Below are positions 45,911 to 54,410 of a stretch of DNA of 64,000 bases, in pieces (the stretch's first letter is position 1; each line of letters begins with the position of its first letter). This DNA is from Chitinophagales bacterium. Lineage in GTDB: Bacteria; Bacteroidota; Bacteroidia; Chitinophagales; LD1. Location of the stretch: assembly GCA_044228435.1 (NCBI GenBank), contig JBGAUW010000011.1, positions 69,812 through 133,811 on the forward strand, in the 5' to 3' direction. A program made the position numbers and the translations under genes. Under the pieces are notes generated by a model. It did not search any database. It saw only the letters and a program-made list of their open reading frames with translations, and was not told the DNA's origin.

Positions 45911-46588
45911 ATGAAAAGAATTTCCATCTTACTTTCTGTGGCAGCTACTGTATTGCTTATTACCTTAAGCCAATGCAAAAAAGAGAAGAATCTGCCTAAA
46001 CCTTGTTTTACCGTGCAGGGTGATTCAGTTTCTGTGGGCAGCGCTATCAATTTTGTAAACTGCACATCCGGTGGCACCTCTTATCAATGGAGTTTTGGTG
46101 ATGGGCAGGTGTCTTCGTCCGATTCTCCTACGCATGCCTATGCAGCAGGCGGTAATTATACGGTTACACTAACAGCTACAAATGCCGATGGCTCCGCAGC
46201 AACATCAAAAGTGGTTTATATAGTGCAATGCAACCCCGGCTACGAGGGGGCTAATTGCGCGGTAGAAACACGTGCAAAGTTTATTGGCAACTATCAGGCT
46301 AGCGAAAGAGGCTCACTTTCCGGCAACTATAACTTTCCGGTTACTATAACCAACAGTTCCGCAGATATAACCAAAATATTGCTTGGCAACATCTACGACA
46401 CTTATATAAATCCGGTTGCCGCCACAGTTAGCGATACCACGTTTACCATAGCCAGTCAGGACCCCGATGGACAAGGCTATGTGGTTAGCGGGGGCGGACG
46501 TATATCGCGCACAACTATATCGCTTACGTATTCTATTTCCTACCAGGGGCAAACCGATAACGTTACCGGCACCTGGACAAGGCAGTAA
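45911..46588 (+). CDS. PKD + EGF-like lipoprotein, paralog 1
   Basis: Lipobox LSQC, PKD (WSFGDG..HAYAAGGNYTVTL), CNPGYEGANC, RAKFIGNY. Confidence 0.8.
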   Translation: MKRISILLSVAATVLLITLSQCKKEKNLPKPCFTVQGDSVSVGSAINFVNCTSGGTSYQWSFGDGQVSSSDSPTHAYAAGGNYTVTLTATNADGSAATSKVVYIVQCNPGYEGANCAVETRAKFIGNYQASERGSLSGNYNFPVTITNSSADITKILLGNIYDTYINPVAATVSDTTFTIASQDPDGQGYVVSGGGRISRTTISLTYSISYQGQTDNVTGTWTRQ

Positions 46589-46694
46589 GGAAGGTATTGC
46601 TGGCCGTTGCTATATAGTTACAGCAATAAATTTTGTTTATATATTGGTTTTTTAATCGTTTGTTTTAAAATTGACTTCACTAACTCAAAAAACC

Positions 46695-47378
46695 ATGAAA
46701 AAAACTACCCTCGTTGTATTGCAGGCTGTTGCTGTTTTACTGCTTATTACATTAAACCAGTGTAAAAAAGAGAATAAAAATTTGCCTAAGGCCTGTATTG
46801 CAGCCGATAGCGACCGCGTATCGCCGGGCACTACTGTTCAGTTCTCTAACTGCACGGTTAACGGCACTACCTACCTATGGAGTTTTGGCGATGGGCAATC
46901 TTCTACCAACAAAGAGCCGGACCATGCTTATGCTACTACCGGAACATACACAGTAACGCTTACTGCCATTAATGCCGATGGCCAGGCTACGGCTACCAAA
47001 GTAATTAATGTAGTTGCGTGCGATGCGGGCTACGAGGGTGCAAACTGCGCCACCGAATCGCGGGTTAAATTTATCGGCTCTTATGCGGCCAGCGAAAATG
47101 GCTCTGTTACCGGTGCTGCTAATTTTAGCCTTACTATTGTAAATAACCCCACAGATGTAACCAAAATACGAATAACTAATTTTTGGAATAGCTTTGTAAA
47201 TCCTGTAAGTGCCGTTGTTAGCGGAAACTCAATAACTATTCCATCGCAGATACCCGATAACGATGGTTATGCAGTTAGCGGCACAGGCACCATTAACGGA
47301 ACCACTATAACTATTACTTATGTGGTGGTAAATCAGGGCTTGACAGATAATGTTACCGGTACCTGGTCGCGGCAGTAG
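46695..47378 (+). CDS. PKD + EGF-like lipoprotein, paralog 2
   Basis: Lipobox LNQC, PKD, CDAGYEGANC, RVKFIGSY; same C-terminus DNVTGTW.RQ as paralog 1. Confidence 0.8.
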   Translation: MKKTTLVVLQAVAVLLLITLNQCKKENKNLPKACIAADSDRVSPGTTVQFSNCTVNGTTYLWSFGDGQSSTNKEPDHAYATTGTYTVTLTAINADGQATATKVINVVACDAGYEGANCATESRVKFIGSYAASENGSVTGAANFSLTIVNNPTDVTKIRITNFWNSFVNPVSAVVSGNSITIPSQIPDNDGYAVSGTGTINGTTITITYVVVNQGLTDNVTGTWSRQ

Positions 47379-47399
47379 CTAACGGCTTATAAAACATAA

Positions 47400-47437
47400 C
47401 AAACAGTAACGCCGGGCTTGCCCGGCGTTACTGTTTG
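47400..47437. terminator. Perfect 18-bp hairpin terminator
   Basis: CAAACAGTAACGCCGGGC-tt-GCCCGGCGTTACTGTTTG. Confidence 0.75.
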
Positions 47438-47523
47438 TATATAGCCTACTTTTTAATTCACAACCTCCTTTTGGGGTTAATAACCTACTTATTAGATTTT
47501 TTCTACTTCGAGTAAATTGCAGT

Positions 47524-47682
47524 ATGAAATTATTGCTGGATATTGACGATAACAGGGCCGAGCCGCTGCTAAGGCTGTTGGTAGAGTTGGATTATGTAAA
47601 GGCAGAAATAGTGCTGCCTGCCGTTGCCGACTTATCGACGGAGGCGCAAGAGGCCCTGAAAGGATTAACTAACGAAGCTTAG
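47524..47682 (+). CDS. 52-aa protein resembling Bacteroidetes type II antitoxins (below ORF-track cutoff)
   Basis: Hand translation MKLLLDIDDNRAEPLLRLLVELDYVKAEIVLPAVADLSTEAQEALKGLTNEA*. Confidence 0.5.
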   Translation: MKLLLDIDDNRAEPLLRLLVELDYVKAEIVLPAVADLSTEAQEALKGLTNEA

Positions 47683-47827
47683 TTATTACAACCCAGCTGT
47701 TCGGCATGGCAGCGTGGCAACCGCTTTTATTTTTTTACTCTTAAATTAAAGGTATAAAGCCCTTTGGTATACCCGTGTACGTTATAAACCTGCCCTGTAT
47801 TACGCGTATATTTTTAAGTTTGCGGCA

Positions 47828-49189
47828 ATGAAAAACTTAAAAGACCTCAAAAAAATCTACTTTATTGGTATTGGCGGAATTGGTATGAGTGCCCTGGCGC
47901 GCTACTTTAAAGCATTGGGTGCCGAAGTGAGCGGCTACGATAAAACCCCTACCGCTTTAACTGCCGAACTGGAAACCGAGGGCATTGCAGTAACTTTTGA
48001 TGATGAGTTGGCCAACTACCCTAAAGAAGTGGACCTGGTAGTTTACACCCCGGCTATACCTAAAGACCATAAGGGCTTTAATTTTTATAAAGAAAGTGGC
48101 GTTGAATTAAAAAAGCGCAGCGAGGTATTAGGCCTGATTTCGGCCGATAAGTTTACCATTGCCGTTGCGGGCTCGCATGGCAAAACCACCGTTAGCGCTA
48201 TGATAGCCCACATACTTACCCATTCGGGTTTTGGCTGCTCGGCATTTTTGGGCGGCATTGCGGTTAACTATAACAGCAACTACCTGCAAGGGCAAAATGA
48301 TGTTGTGGTTATAGAGGCCGATGAGTTCGACCGCTCGTTCCACCGCCTTTCGCCGGATATGGCCGTAATTACGGCGGTAGATACAGACCACCTGGATATT
48401 TACGGCAGCAAAGAAAAGATTGATGAGGCTTTTGTAGAGTTTGCCAATAAAATTGCCGAAGAAGGCTTTTTGGTGGTAAAATCTAACCAGACCATTGAAG
48501 ATAAATTGCCCGTGTTGGATAAGGCTTTCTATGCCTTAAACGATACCAACGCCGATGTATATTGCAGCAAATATTGGGTAACCGATGGCGGCTATTTGTT
48601 TAACCTTAGCTACTACGGCACCGAAATAAAATCTATCCGATTAAACATTGGCGGTTTTCACAATATCGAAAACGCTATTGCAGCCATCATTATTGCTAAA
48701 GAGTTAAAAATTACCGACGAAAACATAAAGGCCGCGTTGGCATCGTTTAAAGGTATTAAGCGCCGTTTTGAGAGAGTATATGATGATGAAAAAGTAGTTT
48801 TTATTGACGATTATGCCCATCACCCGGAAGAGATTCGTGTGTTTTTGGAAAGCGTGCGCGAAATTTATCCTAAGCATAAACTTACAGCCATATTCCAACC
48901 GCACCTGTTTAGCCGCACCAAAGATTTAGCAAAGGAATTTGCCCAACAACTAAGCATTGCCGATGAAGTGGTGTTGCTGGATATTTACCCCGCCCGCGAG
49001 CAACCGGTAGAAGGCGTAACCTCGGAACTGATATATAACCAGCTAACCAGTTTTGAAAAAAGCCTGGTTAAAAAAGAAGACCTGGTTGAATTTGTAAAAG
49101 GTAAGCACTTTGAAGTGCTGGTAACCATTGGCGCCGGCGATATTGATAAGTATGTGGCGCCTATAAAAGAGGTTTTGGCGGGTAGGTAG
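47828..49189 (+). CDS. murC: UDP-N-acetylmuramate--L-alanine ligase
   Basis: IGIGGIGMSALA, AGSHGKTT, EADEFDRSF, DHLD, DDYAHHP, FQPH. Confidence 0.97.
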   Translation: MKNLKDLKKIYFIGIGGIGMSALARYFKALGAEVSGYDKTPTALTAELETEGIAVTFDDELANYPKEVDLVVYTPAIPKDHKGFNFYKESGVELKKRSEVLGLISADKFTIAVAGSHGKTTVSAMIAHILTHSGFGCSAFLGGIAVNYNSNYLQGQNDVVVIEADEFDRSFHRLSPDMAVITAVDTDHLDIYGSKEKIDEAFVEFANKIAEEGFLVVKSNQTIEDKLPVLDKAFYALNDTNADVYCSKYWVTDGGYLFNLSYYGTEIKSIRLNIGGFHNIENAIAAIIIAKELKITDENIKAALASFKGIKRRFERVYDDEKVVFIDDYAHHPEEIRVFLESVREIYPKHKLTAIFQPHLFSRTKDLAKEFAQQLSIADEVVLLDIYPAREQPVEGVTSELIYNQLTSFEKSLVKKEDLVEFVKGKHFEVLVTIGAGDIDKYVAPIKEVLAGR

Positions 49190-49205
49190 TAGTAATAAAG
49201 TTAGT

Positions 49206-49742
49206 ATGCAAAATAACGATTCGCGGTTCGATTTACCCGCCCGTCGCCTTTATGCCGCGTTTGTTGATGGAGTGGTTTACCTGGTGTTCTCGCTGGGTAT
49301 GGTATTATATTTTAATGCGCTAAAAGATAAAACTTCCTTTTTCACTTTCCTTGTCTGCAAAACCATATTGTTAGTTACATACCCCGTTTTTTTTCATTAC
49401 CTGTGGGGGCAAACACCGGGAAAAGTGCTAACCGGTATTAAGGTGATAGATAAAAGCGGTAATAATGCTATTACACTTAAACAAGCTTTATTGCGCGAAG
49501 GGTTTTATATAATAGCCCAGGTAACAGCACTATTTTTTATTTATGAAAAAGTAAATGACAACCATTCTACCTGGGATGATTTAGTGCATTATAATTATTA
49601 TTACTGGGGCGGGCTACCCTCGCTTTGGATGATGCTCGAATTATCATCGCAAATGTTAAATGCCAGAAGAATTTCATTTCAGGATTTTATTGCCGGTACT
49701 GTAGTGGTAAATTTAAAGCAACAGAGGGTTTCCCCAAATTAG
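49206..49742 (+). CDS. RDD family membrane protein
   Basis: RRLYAAFVD, GQTPGK...GIKV, ALLRE, QDFIAGTVVV. Confidence 0.85.
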   Translation: MQNNDSRFDLPARRLYAAFVDGVVYLVFSLGMVLYFNALKDKTSFFTFLVCKTILLVTYPVFFHYLWGQTPGKVLTGIKVIDKSGNNAITLKQALLREGFYIIAQVTALFFIYEKVNDNHSTWDDLVHYNYYYWGGLPSLWMMLELSSQMLNARRISFQDFIAGTVVVNLKQQRVSPN

Positions 49743-49880
49743 CGTAAGGCTGCTGTTTTATTAATAAATCGCTCTGTCTGCCTTTCTATCCACTTCCCCC
49801 TGCATGCACAATTTCTGTCAACAACTCACCGTTTAGTTTATAGTGGTCTGCTGCACCTTTGGCATACACTAAAAAGAGCA

Positions 49881-50696
49881 ATGCAAAAGTTTTGGCGCAT
49901 ACTAAAAAAAGTAATGATAATACTATCGGTATTGTCGTGCACCGCTTTGTTTGTAATAGTGCTTACATCGGCTGTGCAAAAGCAAAAACAGCTTACCTGT
50001 AAAAACCTTACCGTTAAAATTGATTACGAATCGGGCCTGGCCTTTTTAAGCGAAAAGGAAATTAAGGACCGTATTAACTTTTTAAGCGGCGAAGAAATTA
50101 TTGGCAAAACCATTGCGCATATCGATTTTAAAACGCTGGAGCACGAGGTGAATAAAAATCCCTTTGTAGCCAACGCTCAGATTTATGTAAACCAGCAACA
50201 GAATGTAATTGTAGAGGTAGTGCAAAAACGTCCTATTCTACGGATACTCAACAACGATGGTGTGGGCTATTACTTAAGCGAAAAGAACGAGCGCATACCC
50301 CTGTGCGATAAATTTACCGCGCATGTAGCAGTGGCGGTTGGTAAGGTGCAATCGCACACCGATGCTAAACGCGATAGCGCCGTGCAAAACGCTCTTTTTA
50401 ACCTGGTAACCTACATCCGTAAAGATGATTTTTTAAACGCACTGGTAGACCAGATTGACGTAAAAGATAACGGCGATATGGACCTGATACCAAAAGTAAC
50501 CGGGCACATAGTTCACTTTGGCAACGGCGCCGAGGATATGGAAGGGAAGTTTAACCGGATGAAGATTTTTTACCAGCAAGGCTTGCGTAAAGTGGGTTGG
50601 GCAAAATATAAAAGCATCGACCTTCGGTTTGTAAACCAGGTGGTATGCGAAAAGCGGGATACAGTTGGCAGTGGGCAATTGGCAGTTGGCAATTAA
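49881..50696 (+). CDS. ftsQ: Cell division protein FtsQ/DivIB
   Basis: N-terminal TM, POTRA (LEHEVNKNPFVANAQIY), QKRPILRI, IDLRFVNQVVC; position before ftsA. Confidence 0.9.
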   Translation: MQKFWRILKKVMIILSVLSCTALFVIVLTSAVQKQKQLTCKNLTVKIDYESGLAFLSEKEIKDRINFLSGEEIIGKTIAHIDFKTLEHEVNKNPFVANAQIYVNQQQNVIVEVVQKRPILRILNNDGVGYYLSEKNERIPLCDKFTAHVAVAVGKVQSHTDAKRDSAVQNALFNLVTYIRKDDFLNALVDQIDVKDNGDMDLIPKVTGHIVHFGNGAEDMEGKFNRMKIFYQQGLRKVGWAKYKSIDLRFVNQVVCEKRDTVGSGQLAVGN

Positions 50697-50774
50697 AAAA
50701 GTGAAAAGTCAAAGGTGAAAAGTCAAAAATAAAAAGCGAAGAACAATTCATTGCCGTCAGGCTTTAGCCGACGG
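50663..50774. repeat. Heptamer arrays plus short REP between ftsQ and ftsA
   Basis: (TTGGCAG/TGGGCAA)n, (GTGAAAA/GTCAAAR)n, CCGTC-AGGCTTTAGCC-GACGG at 50754-50774. Confidence 0.6.
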
Positions 50775-50811
50775 TTTAAAAATATAATACTAACATCTCA
50801 ATACTCTCCCC

Positions 50812-52266
50812 ATGGCAATTAACCCAACAAAAGAAAACCCGATAATTGTAGGCCTTGATATAGGCACTACCAAAATTGCCTGCATAGTATCGCAGCGCGA
50901 TCAGTTTGGCAAGCTTAAAATACTGGCCCTGGGTAAGGCGCCAAGCTTTGGCGTTACACGCGGAGAGGTAACCAATATTAAGCATACTACCGATGCTATT
51001 TTAGAAGCGGTTGCCGATGCCGAAAGACAGTGCGGCCACAAAATAAATGTGGTATACGTTGGTATTGCAGGGCAGCACATTGCCAGCAAGCAAAACCGTG
51101 GTATATACACCTTAGGCGCTGCCGACGAAGAAATTACCCGCCAGCACATTAAGGATATGGTAGAGGATATGCACAAGCTGGCCTTAGACCCGGGCGAGAA
51201 GATTATACACGTGTTACCGCAGGAGTTTACGGTAGATAAAATGCATGGCGTTAAAGACCCTATTGGTATGTGCGGAAGCCGGTTAGAAGCTAACTTCCAT
51301 ATTATTACCGGTAAGGTAGCTGCCGCCCAAAACATTAAAAAATGTGTGGAGCGCAGCAACCTGCAAATGCTGGGTTTAATACTTGAGCCATTGGCATCGT
51401 CGGCCTCTGTATTGCACGATGAAGAAATGGAAGCCGGTGTAGTGCTGGTAGATATAGGTGGTGGAACCACCGATGTGGCCATTTTTAAAGATGGCATTAT
51501 ACGCCATACAGCAGTTATCCCTTTTGCCGGTAACATTATTACCGAAGATATTATGGAAGGCTGCAAAATGCTGCGCCAGCAGGCTGAGAAGCTGAAGGTT
51601 GCCTTTGGTAGCGCTTTACCTAGCGAAACGCACGAAAACGAAATTATATCAATACAAGGCATTGCCGGCCGCGACCGTAAAGAAATTAGCATGCGTACCC
51701 TGGCCAGCATTATCAATGCCCGTATTGAAGAGATTTTTGCGCAGGTATATTTCGAAATTAAAAGCTCGGGTTATGCCAACTCGCTTAATGCAGGTATAGT
51801 AATTACCGGTGGTGGTTCGCAGTTGAAACATTTAAAGCAATTGGTTGAATATACTACGGGCCTTTCTACCCGCGTGGGTTATCCTACTTCATTGTTGGCT
51901 AACACCAATAAAGAGGAACTTCGTCACCCAATGTATGCAACCGGTTTAGGTTTGGTGCTGGAAGGTTTCCGCCAATACAACGATTTAGATGAAGCAGATA
52001 AACGTAAATTCTACCCTGAATTGTTTGAAGTAGCCGAGCCGGTAGTGGTTGCTACTACAGTAACCGTAGAAGATACCGCAACTCTTAACAGCCCTGTTAC
52101 TCATGAAGTGGTAATGGAAGAAGAGGAAGAAGAAATTGAAGTGCCGGTAGCTAAAACCGAACCGGTGGTTAATAAAAAAGGCAAGCCTAACTTTTTGAAA
52201 GAGATGGCCACCGTGTTTTCTGATTGGTTTAAAGACGAGCGTGTAAACGGCGACTTTGAAGGATAA
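50812..52266 (+). CDS. ftsA: Cell division protein FtsA
   Basis: GLDIGTTKI, LEPLASS, VDIGGGTTD, AEKLKV.FG, ITGGGSQL. Confidence 0.97.
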   Translation: MAINPTKENPIIVGLDIGTTKIACIVSQRDQFGKLKILALGKAPSFGVTRGEVTNIKHTTDAILEAVADAERQCGHKINVVYVGIAGQHIASKQNRGIYTLGAADEEITRQHIKDMVEDMHKLALDPGEKIIHVLPQEFTVDKMHGVKDPIGMCGSRLEANFHIITGKVAAAQNIKKCVERSNLQMLGLILEPLASSASVLHDEEMEAGVVLVDIGGGTTDVAIFKDGIIRHTAVIPFAGNIITEDIMEGCKMLRQQAEKLKVAFGSALPSETHENEIISIQGIAGRDRKEISMRTLASIINARIEEIFAQVYFEIKSSGYANSLNAGIVITGGGSQLKHLKQLVEYTTGLSTRVGYPTSLLANTNKEELRHPMYATGLGLVLEGFRQYNDLDEADKRKFYPELFEVAEPVVVATTVTVEDTATLNSPVTHEVVMEEEEEEIEVPVAKTEPVVNKKGKPNFLKEMATVFSDWFKDERVNGDFEG

Positions 52267-52287
52267 GAAATCTGCTCTGTAAATTTT

Positions 52288-52319
52288 AAAAGGCATCCCG
52301 CTTTAGCGGGGTGCCTTTT
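52288..52319 (+). terminator. Rho-independent terminator after ftsA
   Basis: AAAAGGCATCCCGC-ttta-GCGGGGTGCCTTTT. Confidence 0.8.
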
Positions 52320-52414
52320 TTATTTGTGCAATTATTTCTCGGCTTGTGTTAATGCCAGCAGCGAGAGTCTTTAGTCCCTGAGTACTGGATCACCTCGTGA
52401 AAAGTGGGCTAATG

Positions 52415-52467
52415 TCCCCCGCCGGCGGGGGAAAGGACCGCAGCTCTGCGCGGACCAGGGGGTGGAT
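52415..52467. repeat. REP-like unit
   Basis: TCCCCCGCCGGCGGGGGA...CCGCAGCTCTGCGCGG..AGGGGGTGGAT. Confidence 0.65.
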
Positions 52468-52605
52468 GATTTGGTGTTAATGCAAGAGTCTCACTCTTGT
52501 TTTCTCCACCATCATACCTTTCCAATCATATTATTAAAGCCCGGTTTATTTGGGCTTTACTTCCTTTTTTATTACCTTACTTTCATTAGCCTAAAACAAT
52601 AATTT

Positions 52606-53628
52606 ATGGCAGCTATCAACTCACAGCATCTCGAAATTATTGACCGGTTAAAGCAAATGCGCATCGAGCGTAACACCGGCTTTATCACCTTTTCGCAGCA
52701 GCACCTGGCGCAGGCCGAAGAAGAGCAAAACAAGGCACTGGCTGCCGAAATTTTGTTTCAGCAGGTGGTTTACTTTAATCACGTAACCGCAGAGTATGAG
52801 CAGAGCAACCGTCTTGCTACTATCTGCCTTGATTACGCTGGCCTTGTGGGGAACTATACCTTACAGGCTAATACCCTGCGTATGCTGGGCGTTAATTACG
52901 ATGCCCTGGGCGAGCGCCGCAAAGCCCGCATGGCTTACGATAAAGGCATAGCGCTGTTAGAAGATGGCCGAACCCAAAGCACAGAAGATAAAGAAATACT
53001 GGCCGGCATGTATTTTAATATCGTATCGCTTTATAAAGAAATAGAGTTAAACGAGCAGCGCCAAAAGTTCATTGATAAAGCCTTTACCCTCTTTTCGCAA
53101 ATTGAGAATAAGCAGGGTATTGCCCGATGCTATATAGCCTACGCCAACAATGTACCCGATATAAAAAACTCGGAACTGGCACTGCAGTATTATCGTTTGG
53201 CGGCTGATATTTTTGCAGATATAAAGGACCAGCGCGGGCTGGGCAATTCGCAGGTAGGTATAGGCTACCAGTTGGGCCTTGCCGGTAAGTTTGATGAGGC
53301 TATGGAAATGCTGCAACAAGGCATTAAAAACCTGGAGGAGTGTAGCAACAGCTATGTGGCCATGCAGGGTTACTTTAACCTGGCTATAGTGCTGCGCCTG
53401 CAACAACGCTACGATGAGGCTATTGCCCATTTGGCGCAAATTGTAGAAACCAGTAATGGCTATAGCCCGGGCATGAACAAAATGTATATTTACGAGGAGT
53501 GGTCGCAGGCACTGGAGGGTAAAGGCGATTATAAGGGGGCGCTGGAGTATCAAAAAAAGTATTTGGCCGAGCGCGAAAAGGCCCACGCCTTTGATAAAGA
53601 CACTGCCGAACCGGTAGCAAAAAGATAA
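52606..53628 (+). CDS. Tetratricopeptide-repeat protein, probably C-terminally truncated
   Basis: Several TPR units (ANTLRMLGVNY, GLGNSQVGIGY, YFNLAIVL); ends abruptly after the GDYKGALEYQKKY helix. Confidence 0.8.
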   Translation: MAAINSQHLEIIDRLKQMRIERNTGFITFSQQHLAQAEEEQNKALAAEILFQQVVYFNHVTAEYEQSNRLATICLDYAGLVGNYTLQANTLRMLGVNYDALGERRKARMAYDKGIALLEDGRTQSTEDKEILAGMYFNIVSLYKEIELNEQRQKFIDKAFTLFSQIENKQGIARCYIAYANNVPDIKNSELALQYYRLAADIFADIKDQRGLGNSQVGIGYQLGLAGKFDEAMEMLQQGIKNLEECSNSYVAMQGYFNLAIVLRLQQRYDEAIAHLAQIVETSNGYSPGMNKMYIYEEWSQALEGKGDYKGALEYQKKYLAEREKAHAFDKDTAEPVAKR

Positions 53629-53700
53629 ATGGAAAAAACAGGCATTATTACCCCGCCCTATTCTTAACTTAGCGCGAATAAAATTTGCAATACTTATAGC

Positions 53701-54111
53701 ATGAACATTTACATTAAAGCAGGCGCTGTATTTTTATTAAGTGTGTTGTTTTGTTTAATAGCACCTGCGGCAAGGGCCCAATGCCCGGCTAAAATAGTTA
53801 CCGATAGCATTTCATTTTCAAGCGGGGGCAATGTTGCCCGGCCCGATGCGCTGGCACAAGAGGGGGCTGGCAGCACCTACCAGCTGAGTAACTTTTCTAT
53901 TAACGGTATTAAGCAGAAAGCGGTTAATCAGCAATTGATTAAACAATTGGGTTTTCGCAAGGGCTATAGTTTTACGGCTACCACAGCCGGCTTGCAATCT
54001 ATTGCTCAACAGGTTTGCGAGGTAAGCGGCTATCATTTAAAAAAGCTCACCATGGCGTTAGACCAAAACATAAATGGTGCGGCAATGCTCACTTTTGATT
54101 TTGAAAGATAA
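53701..54111 (+). CDS. Hypothetical secreted protein
   Basis: Signal peptide ending ARAQ; 136 aa. Confidence 0.6.
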   Translation: MNIYIKAGAVFLLSVLFCLIAPAARAQCPAKIVTDSISFSSGGNVARPDALAQEGAGSTYQLSNFSINGIKQKAVNQQLIKQLGFRKGYSFTATTAGLQSIAQQVCEVSGYHLKKLTMALDQNINGAAMLTFDFER

Positions 54112-54112
54112 C

Positions 54113-54163
54113 AGGTCATTGCAAGGCGCGCGGCTTTGCGCGCAACGAAGCAATCGCATAAGC
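54113..54163. repeat. Single REP of the GTCATTGC...GAAGCAATC family
   Basis: GGTCATTGCAAGGCGCGCGGCTTTGCGCGCAACGAAGCAATC; same family as the GIY-YIG flanks. Confidence 0.7.
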
Positions 54164-54410
54164 GTTTAGCTCAGTCATCGCCGGCTTTAAAGAGTCCCGA
54201 AGCGTAACGCTTTACTGCTGCTAATTCCCTCCTTACTCTCCCCTCTGTATCATTTTTACAACACAGCACAAATACAAGTCGATAATTGTATTGCATTTTG
54301 TTTCACTCTGTGTTTTTAGTAAGGCACATTTGTAGCACAAAGGACAACACAATTTTATAACGCCGGCACACGTTCTTCCACAGAACCCACCAGCAAAAAA
54401 CAAAGGAGCA

